Of a DNA stretch of 64,000 nucleotides, positions 1-11,637 are shown one piece after another. The translations under genes and the position numbers were made by a program. This DNA is from Acholeplasma sp. Lineage in GTDB: Bacteria > Bacillota_I > Bacilli_A > Acholeplasmatales > UBA5453. The DNA lies in NCBI GenBank assembly GCA_036677365.1, contig JAVBWN010000014.1, positions 96,001-160,000 on the forward strand, written 5' to 3'. Under the pieces are notes generated by a model that worked only from the letters and a program-made list of their open reading frames with translations, was not told where the DNA came from and ran no database searches. Each line of letters begins with the position of its first letter. The stretch's first letter is position 1.

Positions 1-978
1 ATGAAAAAGGAGCTGGAAAACGGTAATTTTTCAATGTTGTCTAAAACGCTTCATGAGGCGATTAACCAAACTTTAAATAATAAACAACAAGTCTTGATTT
101 TAGCCAATCGAAGTGGTTATGCACCTTATGTGATGTGCAGAAGTTGTGGCCATGTCCCCAGTTGTGAATATTGTGATACCCCACTCGTTTATCACAAAGA
201 AAAACACAAATTGAAATGTCACCACTGCGGGTATAGCATCACACCTGTGTATGTGTGTAGTGCCTGTGGTAGTGAAAAGATTAAACCGGTGGGCATCGCG
301 ATTGAACAAGTTGAATCTCATATGAAGATGGCATTTCCACGTGCAAGCGTCCGTCGCTTGGATGCCGATGCCACAGCCAAAAAAGGGGTATACTTGAATG
401 CCATCCAGGCATTTAAGAATAAAGAGATTGATATATTAATTGGGACACAAATGATTTCTAAAGGTCACGATTTCGATATCCCTTTGGTAGGCATTCTATT
501 GATCGATTCGATGTTGAAAGCACCTACCTATTTGGCCAATGAACGCACCTACCAGTTGATTAGACAAACGATGGGGCGAGCAGGACGAAAGCAACCAGGT
601 TTATCCATCATTCAAACCTATCAACCAGACCATTTTGTCATGAAAACCATCCAAGATGAAACGGCCTTCTACGAACAAGAATTGAGTCGTAGGATGCTTG
701 CAAAAAATCCGCCTTATACCCAATTACTCACGATGGTTTTCCGTAGTAAATCCTTGGGTTTAGCGGAAAAAACAATTCAGCGATTGAAACAAACCGTGCT
801 GGCACGTTATTCACAATATGACGTCATCGGACCGAGTGAATACCAGCAAAATACCTACAAATTGATGATTAAAACCCAAAAACGTCAAGATTTAAGTACA
901 CTGATTACGTGGATTAAACAGACGTTTGAAAATCCATCCTTATCGATCGCTTTTTATCGATACGACGATGAAGTTTAG
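1..978 (+). CDS. priA: Primosomal protein N' (C-terminal part; gene begins before the window)
   Basis: Four CxxC pairs (CRSC, CEYC, CHHC, CSAC), ILIGTQMISKGHDF and QTMGRAGR helicase motifs; upstream of fmt. Confidence 0.93.
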   Translation: MKKELENGNFSMLSKTLHEAINQTLNNKQQVLILANRSGYAPYVMCRSCGHVPSCEYCDTPLVYHKEKHKLKCHHCGYSITPVYVCSACGSEKIKPVGIAIEQVESHMKMAFPRASVRRLDADATAKKGVYLNAIQAFKNKEIDILIGTQMISKGHDFDIPLVGILLIDSMLKAPTYLANERTYQLIRQTMGRAGRKQPGLSIIQTYQPDHFVMKTIQDETAFYEQELSRRMLAKNPPYTQLLTMVFRSKSLGLAEKTIQRLKQTVLARYSQYDVIGPSEYQQNTYKLMIKTQKRQDLSTLITWIKQTFENPSLSIAFYRYDDEV

Positions 979-987
979 GAGAAACAG

Positions 988-1905
988 ATGAATATAGTCT
1001 TTATGGGCACACCTGCTTATGCGGTACCTACATTAAAAATGTTACATGAAACCTATGGGGTGAAGCTCGTAGTAACACAACCCGATAAAAAAATGGGTCG
1101 AGCGGGTAAAGTTGAATTTTCACCCGTTAAACAATACGCTTTAGATAACCAGATCCCTCTATTTCAACCCATCAAAATGAAACTCGATTATGAACCTATT
1201 TTGGCAGTGAATCCAGACATCATCGTCACCGCTGCTTATGGTCAAATGATCCCTAAAGCTGTATTGGATGCTGCCATAGCGGTCAATTTACATGGTTCAA
1301 TATTACCAAAATATCGCGGTGGAGCCCCCGTCCAATATGCCATTAGACAAGGTGAGTTAGAAACTGGGGTTACCCTCATGTATATGGCTCAAAAAATGGA
1401 TTCCGGTGACATCATCGATGTGGAAAAACTCCCGATTGAATCGAGCGATACCACCGATACTTTAATGGGCAAAATGAGTCTTTTAGCAAAAGATTTGTTA
1501 GAAAAAAATATCCAAGACATCCTTTCTAAAAAGAACCCTCGATACCCACAAGATGAAACCCTAGTGACATTTGCTTATAATTTAAAACCTGAGGATGAAA
1601 TCTTAAATTTCAATCAGACCTATCGTCAAATCGATTGTCATTTAAGGTCGTTGTTATCACAACCGGGCGGGTCAATTTTTATTAACAATTCGCGGATTAA
1701 GGTGTATGAAATCGCAAAAAGTGATATAATATTAGACGGGGTCCCCGGTGAGATTTTAAGCGATAAAAAGCGATTGCTGATCCGTTGTTCTGACGCAGTC
1801 GTCGAATTGATTAAAATTCAACCTGAAAATAAGAAGGTCATGTTGGCAAAAGACTTTCTCAATGGGCAAAAACTATTCGTCAAAGGAGACAAAATAAGTC
1901 TATGA
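988..1905 (+). CDS. fmt: Methionyl-tRNA formyltransferase
   Basis: MNIVFMGTP, VVTQPD, NLHGSILPKYRGGAP, MDSGD motifs. Confidence 0.96.
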   Translation: MNIVFMGTPAYAVPTLKMLHETYGVKLVVTQPDKKMGRAGKVEFSPVKQYALDNQIPLFQPIKMKLDYEPILAVNPDIIVTAAYGQMIPKAVLDAAIAVNLHGSILPKYRGGAPVQYAIRQGELETGVTLMYMAQKMDSGDIIDVEKLPIESSDTTDTLMGKMSLLAKDLLEKNIQDILSKKNPRYPQDETLVTFAYNLKPEDEILNFNQTYRQIDCHLRSLLSQPGGSIFINNSRIKVYEIAKSDIILDGVPGEILSDKKRLLIRCSDAVVELIKIQPENKKVMLAKDFLNGQKLFVKGDKISL

Positions 1906-2453
1906 AGAAAAAAGTATTATTCAGTCGTGAAGAAATGACCAGACTGTGTGTGGAAGCACTCAAAAGTCGTGGCGTTTCCGTCGATGATATCGCAGAAATT
2001 GCGTACAAACAACAAGCGCGTTATACCGACAACATCAAGTTTGAAACGTGCAGACAATCGGTTTTAAAAGTATTGTCTTTAAGAGATATTTTCCACCATG
2101 TCTTGTTATCGGTAGAAATCGATAAATTGGTCGAAAAGAAAATGTTTTCTTCACCAATTCAAGACATCATTGAACAAGATTTGGGCTTATTTGGTGTCGA
2201 TGAAGTATTGGGGCTCGATGTGGCTAGACTCTATGGTGTCATTGGTATGACTAATTTTGGTGATATCGATGTCAATAAGCACGGGATTGTTAAAAAACTC
2301 AATGAAGATGGCAAAAAAGAAGGTATCGTGCATACATTCTTGGATGACATCGTTGGTGCCATCGCAGCCGCAGCATCCACACGTGTCGCTCAAGTCATCA
2401 ATGAGGACATTGCGCAAGAAGAACCACACAAACAAATGTCACTATTTGACTAA
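1902..2453 (+). CDS. Phosphatidylglycerophosphatase A family (YutG-like)
   Basis: GVDEVLG, YGxIGxTNFGxID, HTFLDDIVGAIAAAA motifs. Confidence 0.8.
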   Translation: MKKKVLFSREEMTRLCVEALKSRGVSVDDIAEIAYKQQARYTDNIKFETCRQSVLKVLSLRDIFHHVLLSVEIDKLVEKKMFSSPIQDIIEQDLGLFGVDEVLGLDVARLYGVIGMTNFGDIDVNKHGIVKKLNEDGKKEGIVHTFLDDIVGAIAAAASTRVAQVINEDIAQEEPHKQMSLFD

Positions 2454-2477
2454 TTCACTTTTTTTAGGGGGACAAGC

Positions 2478-3755
2478 GTGAAAAAGGATAAATTTAAGCA
2501 TTTAACCAAACACTTTTTTAGCCGCTTGTTTGGCTTTGAAGAAAATATCGATATCACCGACGATGTGATGGTTTTACACCGTAGAAATATCGTCATCAAA
2601 AATATCATCTTTCTATCGAATATCGTTTATTCGATCATATTATTCTTTATCGCAGCGGTAAACAACGAGCCATCTGACTGGCTCTTTTCTGCGTTATCCT
2701 TCCCATTTACGTTCTTTTTAAATAATGTCATCAATCGCTTAATATTTGGTGAACGACATGACAAAACCAAGCAAGAAGTTGCGATGTATGTAGAAGCGAT
2801 TTATATGTTTATATCCGCCATTTTGATTTATGCAAGACTTTATGGCAATTTCGAAACAGCGGCCTACATCCTCATCTATTATTCTGTGGTTGTCATCTCG
2901 CTGTATCAAAGTCGACGACTCATCATTTGGACATTCCAAGGGATGATTGCTGGGATTACCTTCATCCATTTTGTGTGGACCTACCAGTTGACACAACAAT
3001 ACCAAGGGATGGGTGTGATGGCGTTTTTAAAAGCATTCCTACCCACAGAAGAAGCCCAAGATTTTTACTTAAGAATCGTTTTATTTACCATTTTTATGGT
3101 GGTCATCTATTCGATTGTTTCGATGGGTGCCTATATGCAAGAAGAACGTAAAAAAGAACTCATGAAACGCCGTGAAGTTCAAACCGATTTTACCAACATC
3201 GTCACCGATTTATATTCAGTCGTGCTGTCATCAAAAAGAGCATTTTTAGACCGTCAGCACATCGATTTGGTATTAAAAATGAGTGGTAGACTTGGGGCAT
3301 ATTATGGTTTAAATACCAAGCAAATCGAGTATATTGAACAATACGCCACCATCCACATGCGTGCCCATGAAATTGAAGATTTGGTCCAAAAAGGGATTGA
3401 AACCGAAGATTATGAAAATTTAAAGAAGAAAACCACACTGGGTACGATGATTGCGAAAAGATTTCAACTGGCTCAAAAAGCCGAAGAAATCGCTCGCGCA
3501 CACATCGAAGGTGTGGCCAATGATAAGTTTGTCACAGAAATGCGCGCAATCCAACCACAAATCGAATCACAAGTTATTTTATTGGTGGATTTGTATGTAA
3601 CGATGCGCAGTTCTAAATCTTACAAAAGACCTTATCCGAATGCTGCAGTCATTCAATTATTCGAAAAAAGTTTCTATGTTTATTTTGAATCCACACTCGT
3701 TGAACGCTTCTTAAAATTCAAAACAGACTTCGAAAAAATTTACAATGAATATTGA
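2478..3755 (+). CDS. Multi-pass membrane protein with a degenerate C-terminal HD-GYP-like domain
   Basis: About 6 hydrophobic segments, then HD-GYP-like scaffold (VILLVDLYVTMRSSKSYKRPY, FESTLVERFL) lacking HD and GYP. Confidence 0.7.
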   Translation: MKKDKFKHLTKHFFSRLFGFEENIDITDDVMVLHRRNIVIKNIIFLSNIVYSIILFFIAAVNNEPSDWLFSALSFPFTFFLNNVINRLIFGERHDKTKQEVAMYVEAIYMFISAILIYARLYGNFETAAYILIYYSVVVISLYQSRRLIIWTFQGMIAGITFIHFVWTYQLTQQYQGMGVMAFLKAFLPTEEAQDFYLRIVLFTIFMVVIYSIVSMGAYMQEERKKELMKRREVQTDFTNIVTDLYSVVLSSKRAFLDRQHIDLVLKMSGRLGAYYGLNTKQIEYIEQYATIHMRAHEIEDLVQKGIETEDYENLKKKTTLGTMIAKRFQLAQKAEEIARAHIEGVANDKFVTEMRAIQPQIESQVILLVDLYVTMRSSKSYKRPYPNAAVIQLFEKSFYVYFESTLVERFLKFKTDFEKIYNEY

Positions 3756-3766
3756 TGTAAATACGC

Positions 3767-3794
3767 TTGCAAAAAGAATCCAGCATGTTATAAT
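3767..3794 (+). promoter_or_regulatory. Sigma-A promoter of metK leader
   Basis: TTGCAA-N16-TATAAT with TGn extension. Confidence 0.7.
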
Positions 3795-3818
3795 AGGTAT
3801 GCTTAATTAACTGAATCC

Positions 3819-3919
3819 AATCTTATTAAGAGCTACGGAGGCGAGTCGCCTGTGAGGTAGCAGCAACCTGCACAAGCAAGGTGCTAATGACGAGGGGTAC
3901 AACCCAACAATGAGAGATT
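3819..3919 (+). ncRNA. SAM-I (S-box) riboswitch
   Basis: TCTTATTAAGAG...CGGAG...TGTGA...CAGCAACC...AAGGTGCTAAT...AATGAGA core upstream of metK, followed by a terminator. Confidence 0.92.
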
Positions 3920-3920
3920 A

Positions 3921-3951
3921 GAAACTCTTTTCGTTGGGAAAGAGTTTTTTT
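3921..3951 (+). terminator. Riboswitch-controlled intrinsic terminator
   Basis: AAACTCTTTTC-GTTGG-GAAAGAGTTT hairpin plus U-tract. Confidence 0.85.
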
Positions 3952-3972
3952 GATCTTTGGAGGTATATAATC

Positions 3973-5124
3973 ATGGAAAGAAAACTATTTACATCAGAAT
4001 CAGTTACCAGCGGACACCCAGATAAAATTTGTGACCGCTTATCCGATGCCATCTTAGATGCCATCTTAAAAGAAGACCCAGAAGCCAGAGTGGCATGCGA
4101 AACCGCGGTGACGACCGGGCTTGTTTTGGTGATGGGGGAAATCACCACAAAAACATATGTAGACATACAAACCATTGTGCGCAATACCGTCGCAAATATC
4201 GGTTATGACCGTGGTAAATATGGATTTGACGCTGAAAATTTAGCCGTTTTGGTTTCAATCAACAATCAATCCCCTGACATTGCGATGGGTGTCGATGAAT
4301 ACGACGGCCACGAACAAGGTGCCGGAGACCAAGGTTTGATGTTTGGTTTTGCTTGTGATGAAACCGAAAATTACATGCCACTACCGATTGAACTCGCACA
4401 CAAATTGGTCAGACGTTTGGACGAGGTTAGACATCAAAATACATTAGATTTCTTAAGACCGGATGGCAAAGCCCAAGTGACCATTGAATACGATGAAAAT
4501 AACCGCCCGGCTCGAATTGATACCGTGGTGGTATCATCACAACACGCCGATATCGACATTGAAATCGTCAGACAAGGCATTAAAAAAGAAGTCATCGATG
4601 CGGTATTACCAAAAGCCTTAGTGGATGAACATACCAAATTCATGATCAACCCAACGGGTAAGTTTGTCGTCGGTGGTCCTAAAGGGGACTCTGGTCTAAC
4701 AGGACGTAAAATCATCGTGGATACCTATGGTGGTTATGCCCGTCATGGGGGTGGGGCTTTCTCAGGTAAGGACCCATCTAAAGTCGACAGAAGTGCATCT
4801 TACATGGCAAGATATATTGCAAAAAATGTCGTAGCAAGTGGGATTGCTTCTAAGTGTGAAGTTCAATTGGCTTACGCAATTGGTGTGGCTAAACCCGTAT
4901 CGATTCGCATTGATACGTTTGGAACAGCTAAAGTTGCCGATGAAAAAATCACCGAAGTCATTCGTAAACATTTCGATGTCACCCCTAAAGGCATCATTAA
5001 AACCTTGGATTTAAAACGTCCGATTTATCAAAAAACCGCGAACTACGGCCATATGGGACGTAGTGACATCGAATTGCCGTGGGAACGTTTAGATAAGGTT
5101 GATTTCTTTAAGCATTTATTATAA
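3973..5124 (+). CDS. metK: S-adenosylmethionine synthetase
   Basis: [28 protein letters not shown]; start moved to ATG 3973 after GGAGG. Confidence 0.98.
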   Translation: MERKLFTSESVTSGHPDKICDRLSDAILDAILKEDPEARVACETAVTTGLVLVMGEITTKTYVDIQTIVRNTVANIGYDRGKYGFDAENLAVLVSINNQSPDIAMGVDEYDGHEQGAGDQGLMFGFACDETENYMPLPIELAHKLVRRLDEVRHQNTLDFLRPDGKAQVTIEYDENNRPARIDTVVVSSQHADIDIEIVRQGIKKEVIDAVLPKALVDEHTKFMINPTGKFVVGGPKGDSGLTGRKIIVDTYGGYARHGGGAFSGKDPSKVDRSASYMARYIAKNVVASGIASKCEVQLAYAIGVAKPVSIRIDTFGTAKVADEKITEVIRKHFDVTPKGIIKTLDLKRPIYQKTANYGHMGRSDIELPWERLDKVDFFKHLL

Positions 5125-5142
5125 AATAAAGTAGGTGATTCT

Positions 5143-5979
5143 ATGGAATATAAAGACGTTTTAGCGACTTATGAAGCGAAGCGATTGGAGATGTATCAAG
5201 CTTACCAATCGAACATGAAAAAAGGTTTCTTGTTATTGATTGTGTTGGTGGGCATCTATTTTCTAGCGAAAGCTGGACAAATCGCGAGTGAATACCGTAA
5301 ACTCACCAAAGAAAAAATCATCAAAGCATTGATTCAATCACAGTATGAAGATGCAGAGTATTACCCAAAAGATTCCATTTCATTGGCTCACATCAATGGG
5401 TTGAACTTTTATCAAAGACCTGACCGTTTCCATGGGGAAGATTTGATGAGGGGTAAATACAAAGGCGTCCGATTTGCATGTTCAGACATTCACATGGAAG
5501 AACGCGTTGAACACCGCGACTCCAAAGGCAATGTAACCTACTCATACCAAACCATCTTTAAAGGCCGTTGGTATACCTTTGATTATGAACGTGATTTCAA
5601 TCAAATATTACAAGTCAAAGAAGGACGTTTCGTCGGTGCAGCCGCTAGAGGATTAAAGAAGTATGAAACCGAATCGGTGCAATTCAATAAAAAGTTTAAA
5701 GTATTCGCATCCGACGAACAATATGTATACTATCAACTCACCCCAGTATTGATCGAAAAAATATTGGAAATGGAAAACATGCATCGTGGGCATTATCAAA
5801 TGATGTATTATGGCAATCATTTGGATGTCGCTGTGTATGACTCATCCGATTCATTTGAATTAAAATTAAAAACACCGCTAACCATGGAAACCATTGGTCA
5901 CATCTTAAATGACATTGACATGCCAGCAGCCATCATCAATGAGTTCAAGTTGGATAGCGAAAAGTTTAAGAAACAATAG
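5143..5979 (+). CDS. DUF3137-like membrane-anchored protein
   Basis: N-terminal TM; TIFKG, ETESVQFNKKFKVFASD, YYQLTP motifs; adjacent to lemA. Confidence 0.75.
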   Translation: MEYKDVLATYEAKRLEMYQAYQSNMKKGFLLLIVLVGIYFLAKAGQIASEYRKLTKEKIIKALIQSQYEDAEYYPKDSISLAHINGLNFYQRPDRFHGEDLMRGKYKGVRFACSDIHMEERVEHRDSKGNVTYSYQTIFKGRWYTFDYERDFNQILQVKEGRFVGAAARGLKKYETESVQFNKKFKVFASDEQYVYYQLTPVLIEKILEMENMHRGHYQMMYYGNHLDVAVYDSSDSFELKLKTPLTMETIGHILNDIDMPAAIINEFKLDSEKFKKQ

Positions 5980-5991
5980 GAGGATTGAAAT

Positions 5992-6552
5992 ATGGACACA
6001 GGACTTATCGTTTTATTTGTGGTACTCGGTTTACTGTTGGTCATCGTATTATGGGTGATTGGCACCATCAATACCTTCAACAGACTTTTGGTTAAAGTCG
6101 ATGAAGCTGAATCTGGTATTGATGTCGCTTTAACAAAGCGTTTTGATTTATTGACTAAAATGGTTTCTGCTACCAAAGGTTATGCAGACCATGAAAGAAA
6201 GACTTTAGAATCCGTCGTTGCTATGCGTCAACCAGCGCACGGTGCACCGATTGGTGAAAAACAAGCGTTCGCGAATCAATTGTCAGAATCGATGGCACGC
6301 TTAAATGTGGTCGTGGAACAATACCCACAACTCAGAGCATCAGAAAACTTCGCTAAACTTCAAAGTGCAAGCACTGAAGTCGAAGAAAACCTACAAGCAG
6401 CTAGACGTGTTTACAACGCCAACGTTTCTTATTACAACCAAAAGATCGTGGTATTCCCAAGCTCGATGATTGCTAATTGGAAAGGTTTCACGAAACGCGA
6501 CTTCTTTGAAGCAGAAGCATCCAAACGTCAAGACGTTGAATTTAAATTCTAA
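5992..6552 (+). CDS. lemA: LemA family protein
   Basis: IDVALTKRFDL, EQYPQLRASENF, ARRVYNANV, FPS motifs. Confidence 0.93.
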   Translation: MDTGLIVLFVVLGLLLVIVLWVIGTINTFNRLLVKVDEAESGIDVALTKRFDLLTKMVSATKGYADHERKTLESVVAMRQPAHGAPIGEKQAFANQLSESMARLNVVVEQYPQLRASENFAKLQSASTEVEENLQAARRVYNANVSYYNQKIVVFPSSMIANWKGFTKRDFFEAEASKRQDVEFKF

Positions 6553-6557
6553 TCTAG

Positions 6558-6579
6558 AAAAACGCTTCGGCGTTTTTTT
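6558..6579 (+). terminator. Intrinsic terminator after lemA
   Basis: AAAAACGC-TTCG-GCGTTTTTTT. Confidence 0.85.
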
Positions 6580-6664
6580 ATGTTAAAAAATGGGGTTTGG
6601 TTGTAATCCAACCCCATTTATAGTAATATACTATAGAGATATTAACCAAAGAGAGTGTGATTAG

Positions 6665-9157
<2,493 letters not shown>

Positions 9158-9162
9158 GCATT

Positions 9163-9187
9163 AAACACTCTTCGGAGTGTTTTTTTT
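9163..9187 (+). terminator. Intrinsic terminator after secA
   Basis: AAACACTC-TTCG-GAGTGTTTTTTTT. Confidence 0.88.
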
Positions 9188-9216
9188 CGATATAATGATA
9201 CTAGGAGGATATACTT

Positions 9217-9624
9217 ATGGATATCACAAATACATCAATTCAATCTTATATGGAACAATTACCGAAAGACCGATATGATGCCATCACCTATTTGATTAAC
9301 GAAATGAAACAAATCACCCAAAGGGAACCAAAACTCTGGGGGACCATCGTCGGTTTCGGTAAACTCTATTATAAATACAAAACAGGCAACGATGGTTATA
9401 TGCCCATCTTGGGGTTATCGAGCCGAAAACAAGCCATCACTTTGTACCTAACGTTTGATATCGAACAATACGCAGAATTGAATACATTGGGTAAATGTAC
9501 CTATGGTAAAGGTTGTTTATACATTAAAAAGTTATCGGATGTGGATTTAAACGTATTGAAGGTGCTGATGCAAAAAGCGTATGTGGATGCCTTAAAATAC
9601 GATTTCGTGACATTAATCGAATAA
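9217..9624 (+). CDS. DUF1801 domain protein
   Basis: PKLWGTIVGFG, YKYKTG, RKQAITLY, GKGCLYIKKLSDVD. Confidence 0.82.
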   Translation: MDITNTSIQSYMEQLPKDRYDAITYLINEMKQITQREPKLWGTIVGFGKLYYKYKTGNDGYMPILGLSSRKQAITLYLTFDIEQYAELNTLGKCTYGKGCLYIKKLSDVDLNVLKVLMQKAYVDALKYDFVTLIE

Positions 9625-9687
9625 CATATAACCGCTTTGTATGGTGAAAATCTTATAACTTTGTTATAATGGATTTGAGGTTATATT

Positions 9688-10779
9688 ATGGAACGATATG
9701 AATTAAATAAATACCTAGAGTCATTCGAAATACGCTTGGCGGATTTAGAAAAAGCACTCGATATGGACAATTTAAAACAAAAGTTTGAAGCCAACAGTCG
9801 CCAAATGTCCGCGGCTGATTTTTGGGATGATGTAAAATCAGCTCAAAAAATGATTGAAGTGACCAACCAACAAAAAGAACAAATCGATACATACGAATCG
9901 TTGTATCATCAATTTAAAACATTGGAAGAATTGGCACTCGTGACCGATGATCAATCTGAAGATTTTATCATGATTACAGATGAAGTCTATGTCTTAGATA
10001 AAGCATTGAAGTCTTTTGAAACATTGACGTTATTGAACGGACCTTACGATGATCTGCCAGCCATTTTAGAATTACATCCGGGGGCTGGTGGCACCGAGTC
10101 ACAAGACTGGTGTGAAATGCTTTACCGAATGTATCAACGTTATGCTGTGAGAAAAAACTACAAGATCGAAGTTTTAGACTATCAATCAGGCGAAGAAGCG
10201 GGCATCAAGAGTGTAACCATCCGTATCAAAGGCAAATACGCCTATGGTTATTTAAAGAGCGAACATGGGGTCCATCGCTTGGTTAGAATCTCACCATTTG
10301 ATTCCAATGCACGTCGTCACACCTCGTTTGTGAGCGTGGAAGTCATGCCGGAAATCGACCAAAGAATCGATATTCAAATCAAAGATGAAGACATTAAAAC
10401 CGATGTCTATCGAAGCAGTGGGGCTGGTGGACAAAGTGTCAATACCACCGACAGTGCGGTCCGTGTGACCCACTTACCGACAAACATCGTTGTCACCTGT
10501 CAAAATGAACGTAGTCAAATCAAAAATAAAGAAGTAGCGATGGAGATATTAAGGTCGAAACTCGCCGTTTTAGAAATTGAAAAACAAAGAAAATTATTGA
10601 ATGAAATTAAAGGGGAACAAAAAGACATTGGTTGGGGTTCACAAATCCGGTCTTATGTGTTCCACCCGTATCAAATGGTGAAAGACCATCGAACCGATTA
10701 TGAAACCAGCCAAACCACCGCGGTGATGGATGGTGAAATCGATGGTTTCATCAATGCCTATTTAAAGTCAGGTGATTAG
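9688..10779 (+). CDS. prfB: Peptide chain release factor 2 (single uninterrupted ORF)
   Basis: SPF tripeptide (RISPFD), GAGGQ, GWGSQIRSY. Confidence 0.97.
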   Translation: MERYELNKYLESFEIRLADLEKALDMDNLKQKFEANSRQMSAADFWDDVKSAQKMIEVTNQQKEQIDTYESLYHQFKTLEELALVTDDQSEDFIMITDEVYVLDKALKSFETLTLLNGPYDDLPAILELHPGAGGTESQDWCEMLYRMYQRYAVRKNYKIEVLDYQSGEEAGIKSVTIRIKGKYAYGYLKSEHGVHRLVRISPFDSNARRHTSFVSVEVMPEIDQRIDIQIKDEDIKTDVYRSSGAGGQSVNTTDSAVRVTHLPTNIVVTCQNERSQIKNKEVAMEILRSKLAVLEIEKQRKLLNEIKGEQKDIGWGSQIRSYVFHPYQMVKDHRTDYETSQTTAVMDGEIDGFINAYLKSGD

Positions 10780-11637
10780 ATGATCAAAAAAATCGCGTTT
10801 GAGTACGCACAAATTGCTTTTGGGGTTACCATCATGACCCTTGGTTTTTACTTTTTTCTACTCCCTGAAAACTTAGTTATTGGGGGCGTCATGGGTTTGG
10901 CTGTCATATTTAAAGCACAAATTAACCCATCGATTGTCGTATTCATATTGAATACATTCTTATTATTTTTAGGATTGTTCGTTTTAGGCAAACATTTTTT
11001 CTTAAAAACCATATTTGGTTCTTTGGCTTCTCCAATCATATTATTTATCCTTGAAACCATTGGTGCCAATGAGGCATGGATCATGAACCAATTGACTGAA
11101 TCGAAGCTTTTGATTGCAGCGGTGTCTGGGTCGATTTTGGTTGGTTCAGGGCTAGGTATCGTATTTAGATTTGGTGGCACCACCGGTGGTATGGATGTGC
11201 TTCAAAGCATCATCCATAAGAAACTGCACATCCCATATCAAATCATCTTTTATTTCACCGATGGTTTGGTCGTGGTTTTATCTTTGATATTCTTTAGAGA
11301 CATCGAATTATTTATATACGCAGTAGCAAGCGTATTCTTGATATCCATCATCGTGGACAATGTGTCCATTAAAGGTCGTGCGGGACAAACCATTTTTGTG
11401 ATTACGAAGAAACCAGATTTGATCAAACAAGCCATATACGACACCATTGATCGGGGTTGTACCTTGATTGATTCAGAAGGTGGATTCAGTGGGCATAAAA
11501 GTAAAATGGTCATTTGTACGATGCGCAATCGTGAAGTCAATAAAATGCGTTCTGTCATCGAACGGATTGACCCAGAAGCCTTCACCTTCATGACCGATAC
11601 GAAAGAGGCGGTTGGACGTGGATTTAGTAAAGAATAA
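10780..11637 (+). CDS. YitT family membrane protein
   Basis: GGxxG, GGTTGGxD, C-terminal DRGCT...IDPEAF (DUF2179-like). Confidence 0.88.
   Translation: MIKKIAFEYAQIAFGVTIMTLGFYFFLLPENLVIGGVMGLAVIFKAQINPSIVVFILNTFLLFLGLFVLGKHFFLKTIFGSLASPIILFILETIGANEAWIMNQLTESKLLIAAVSGSILVGSGLGIVFRFGGTTGGMDVLQSIIHKKLHIPYQIIFYFTDGLVVVLSLIFFRDIELFIYAVASVFLISIIVDNVSIKGRAGQTIFVITKKPDLIKQAIYDTIDRGCTLIDSEGGFSGHKSKMVICTMRNREVNKMRSVIERIDPEAFTFMTDTKEAVGRGFSKE

Noticed and set aside
5143..5290. Possible in-frame deletion of a TM helix in the DUF3137-like gene
   Set aside because: Only one TM is visible, but I cannot call a deletion without orthologues
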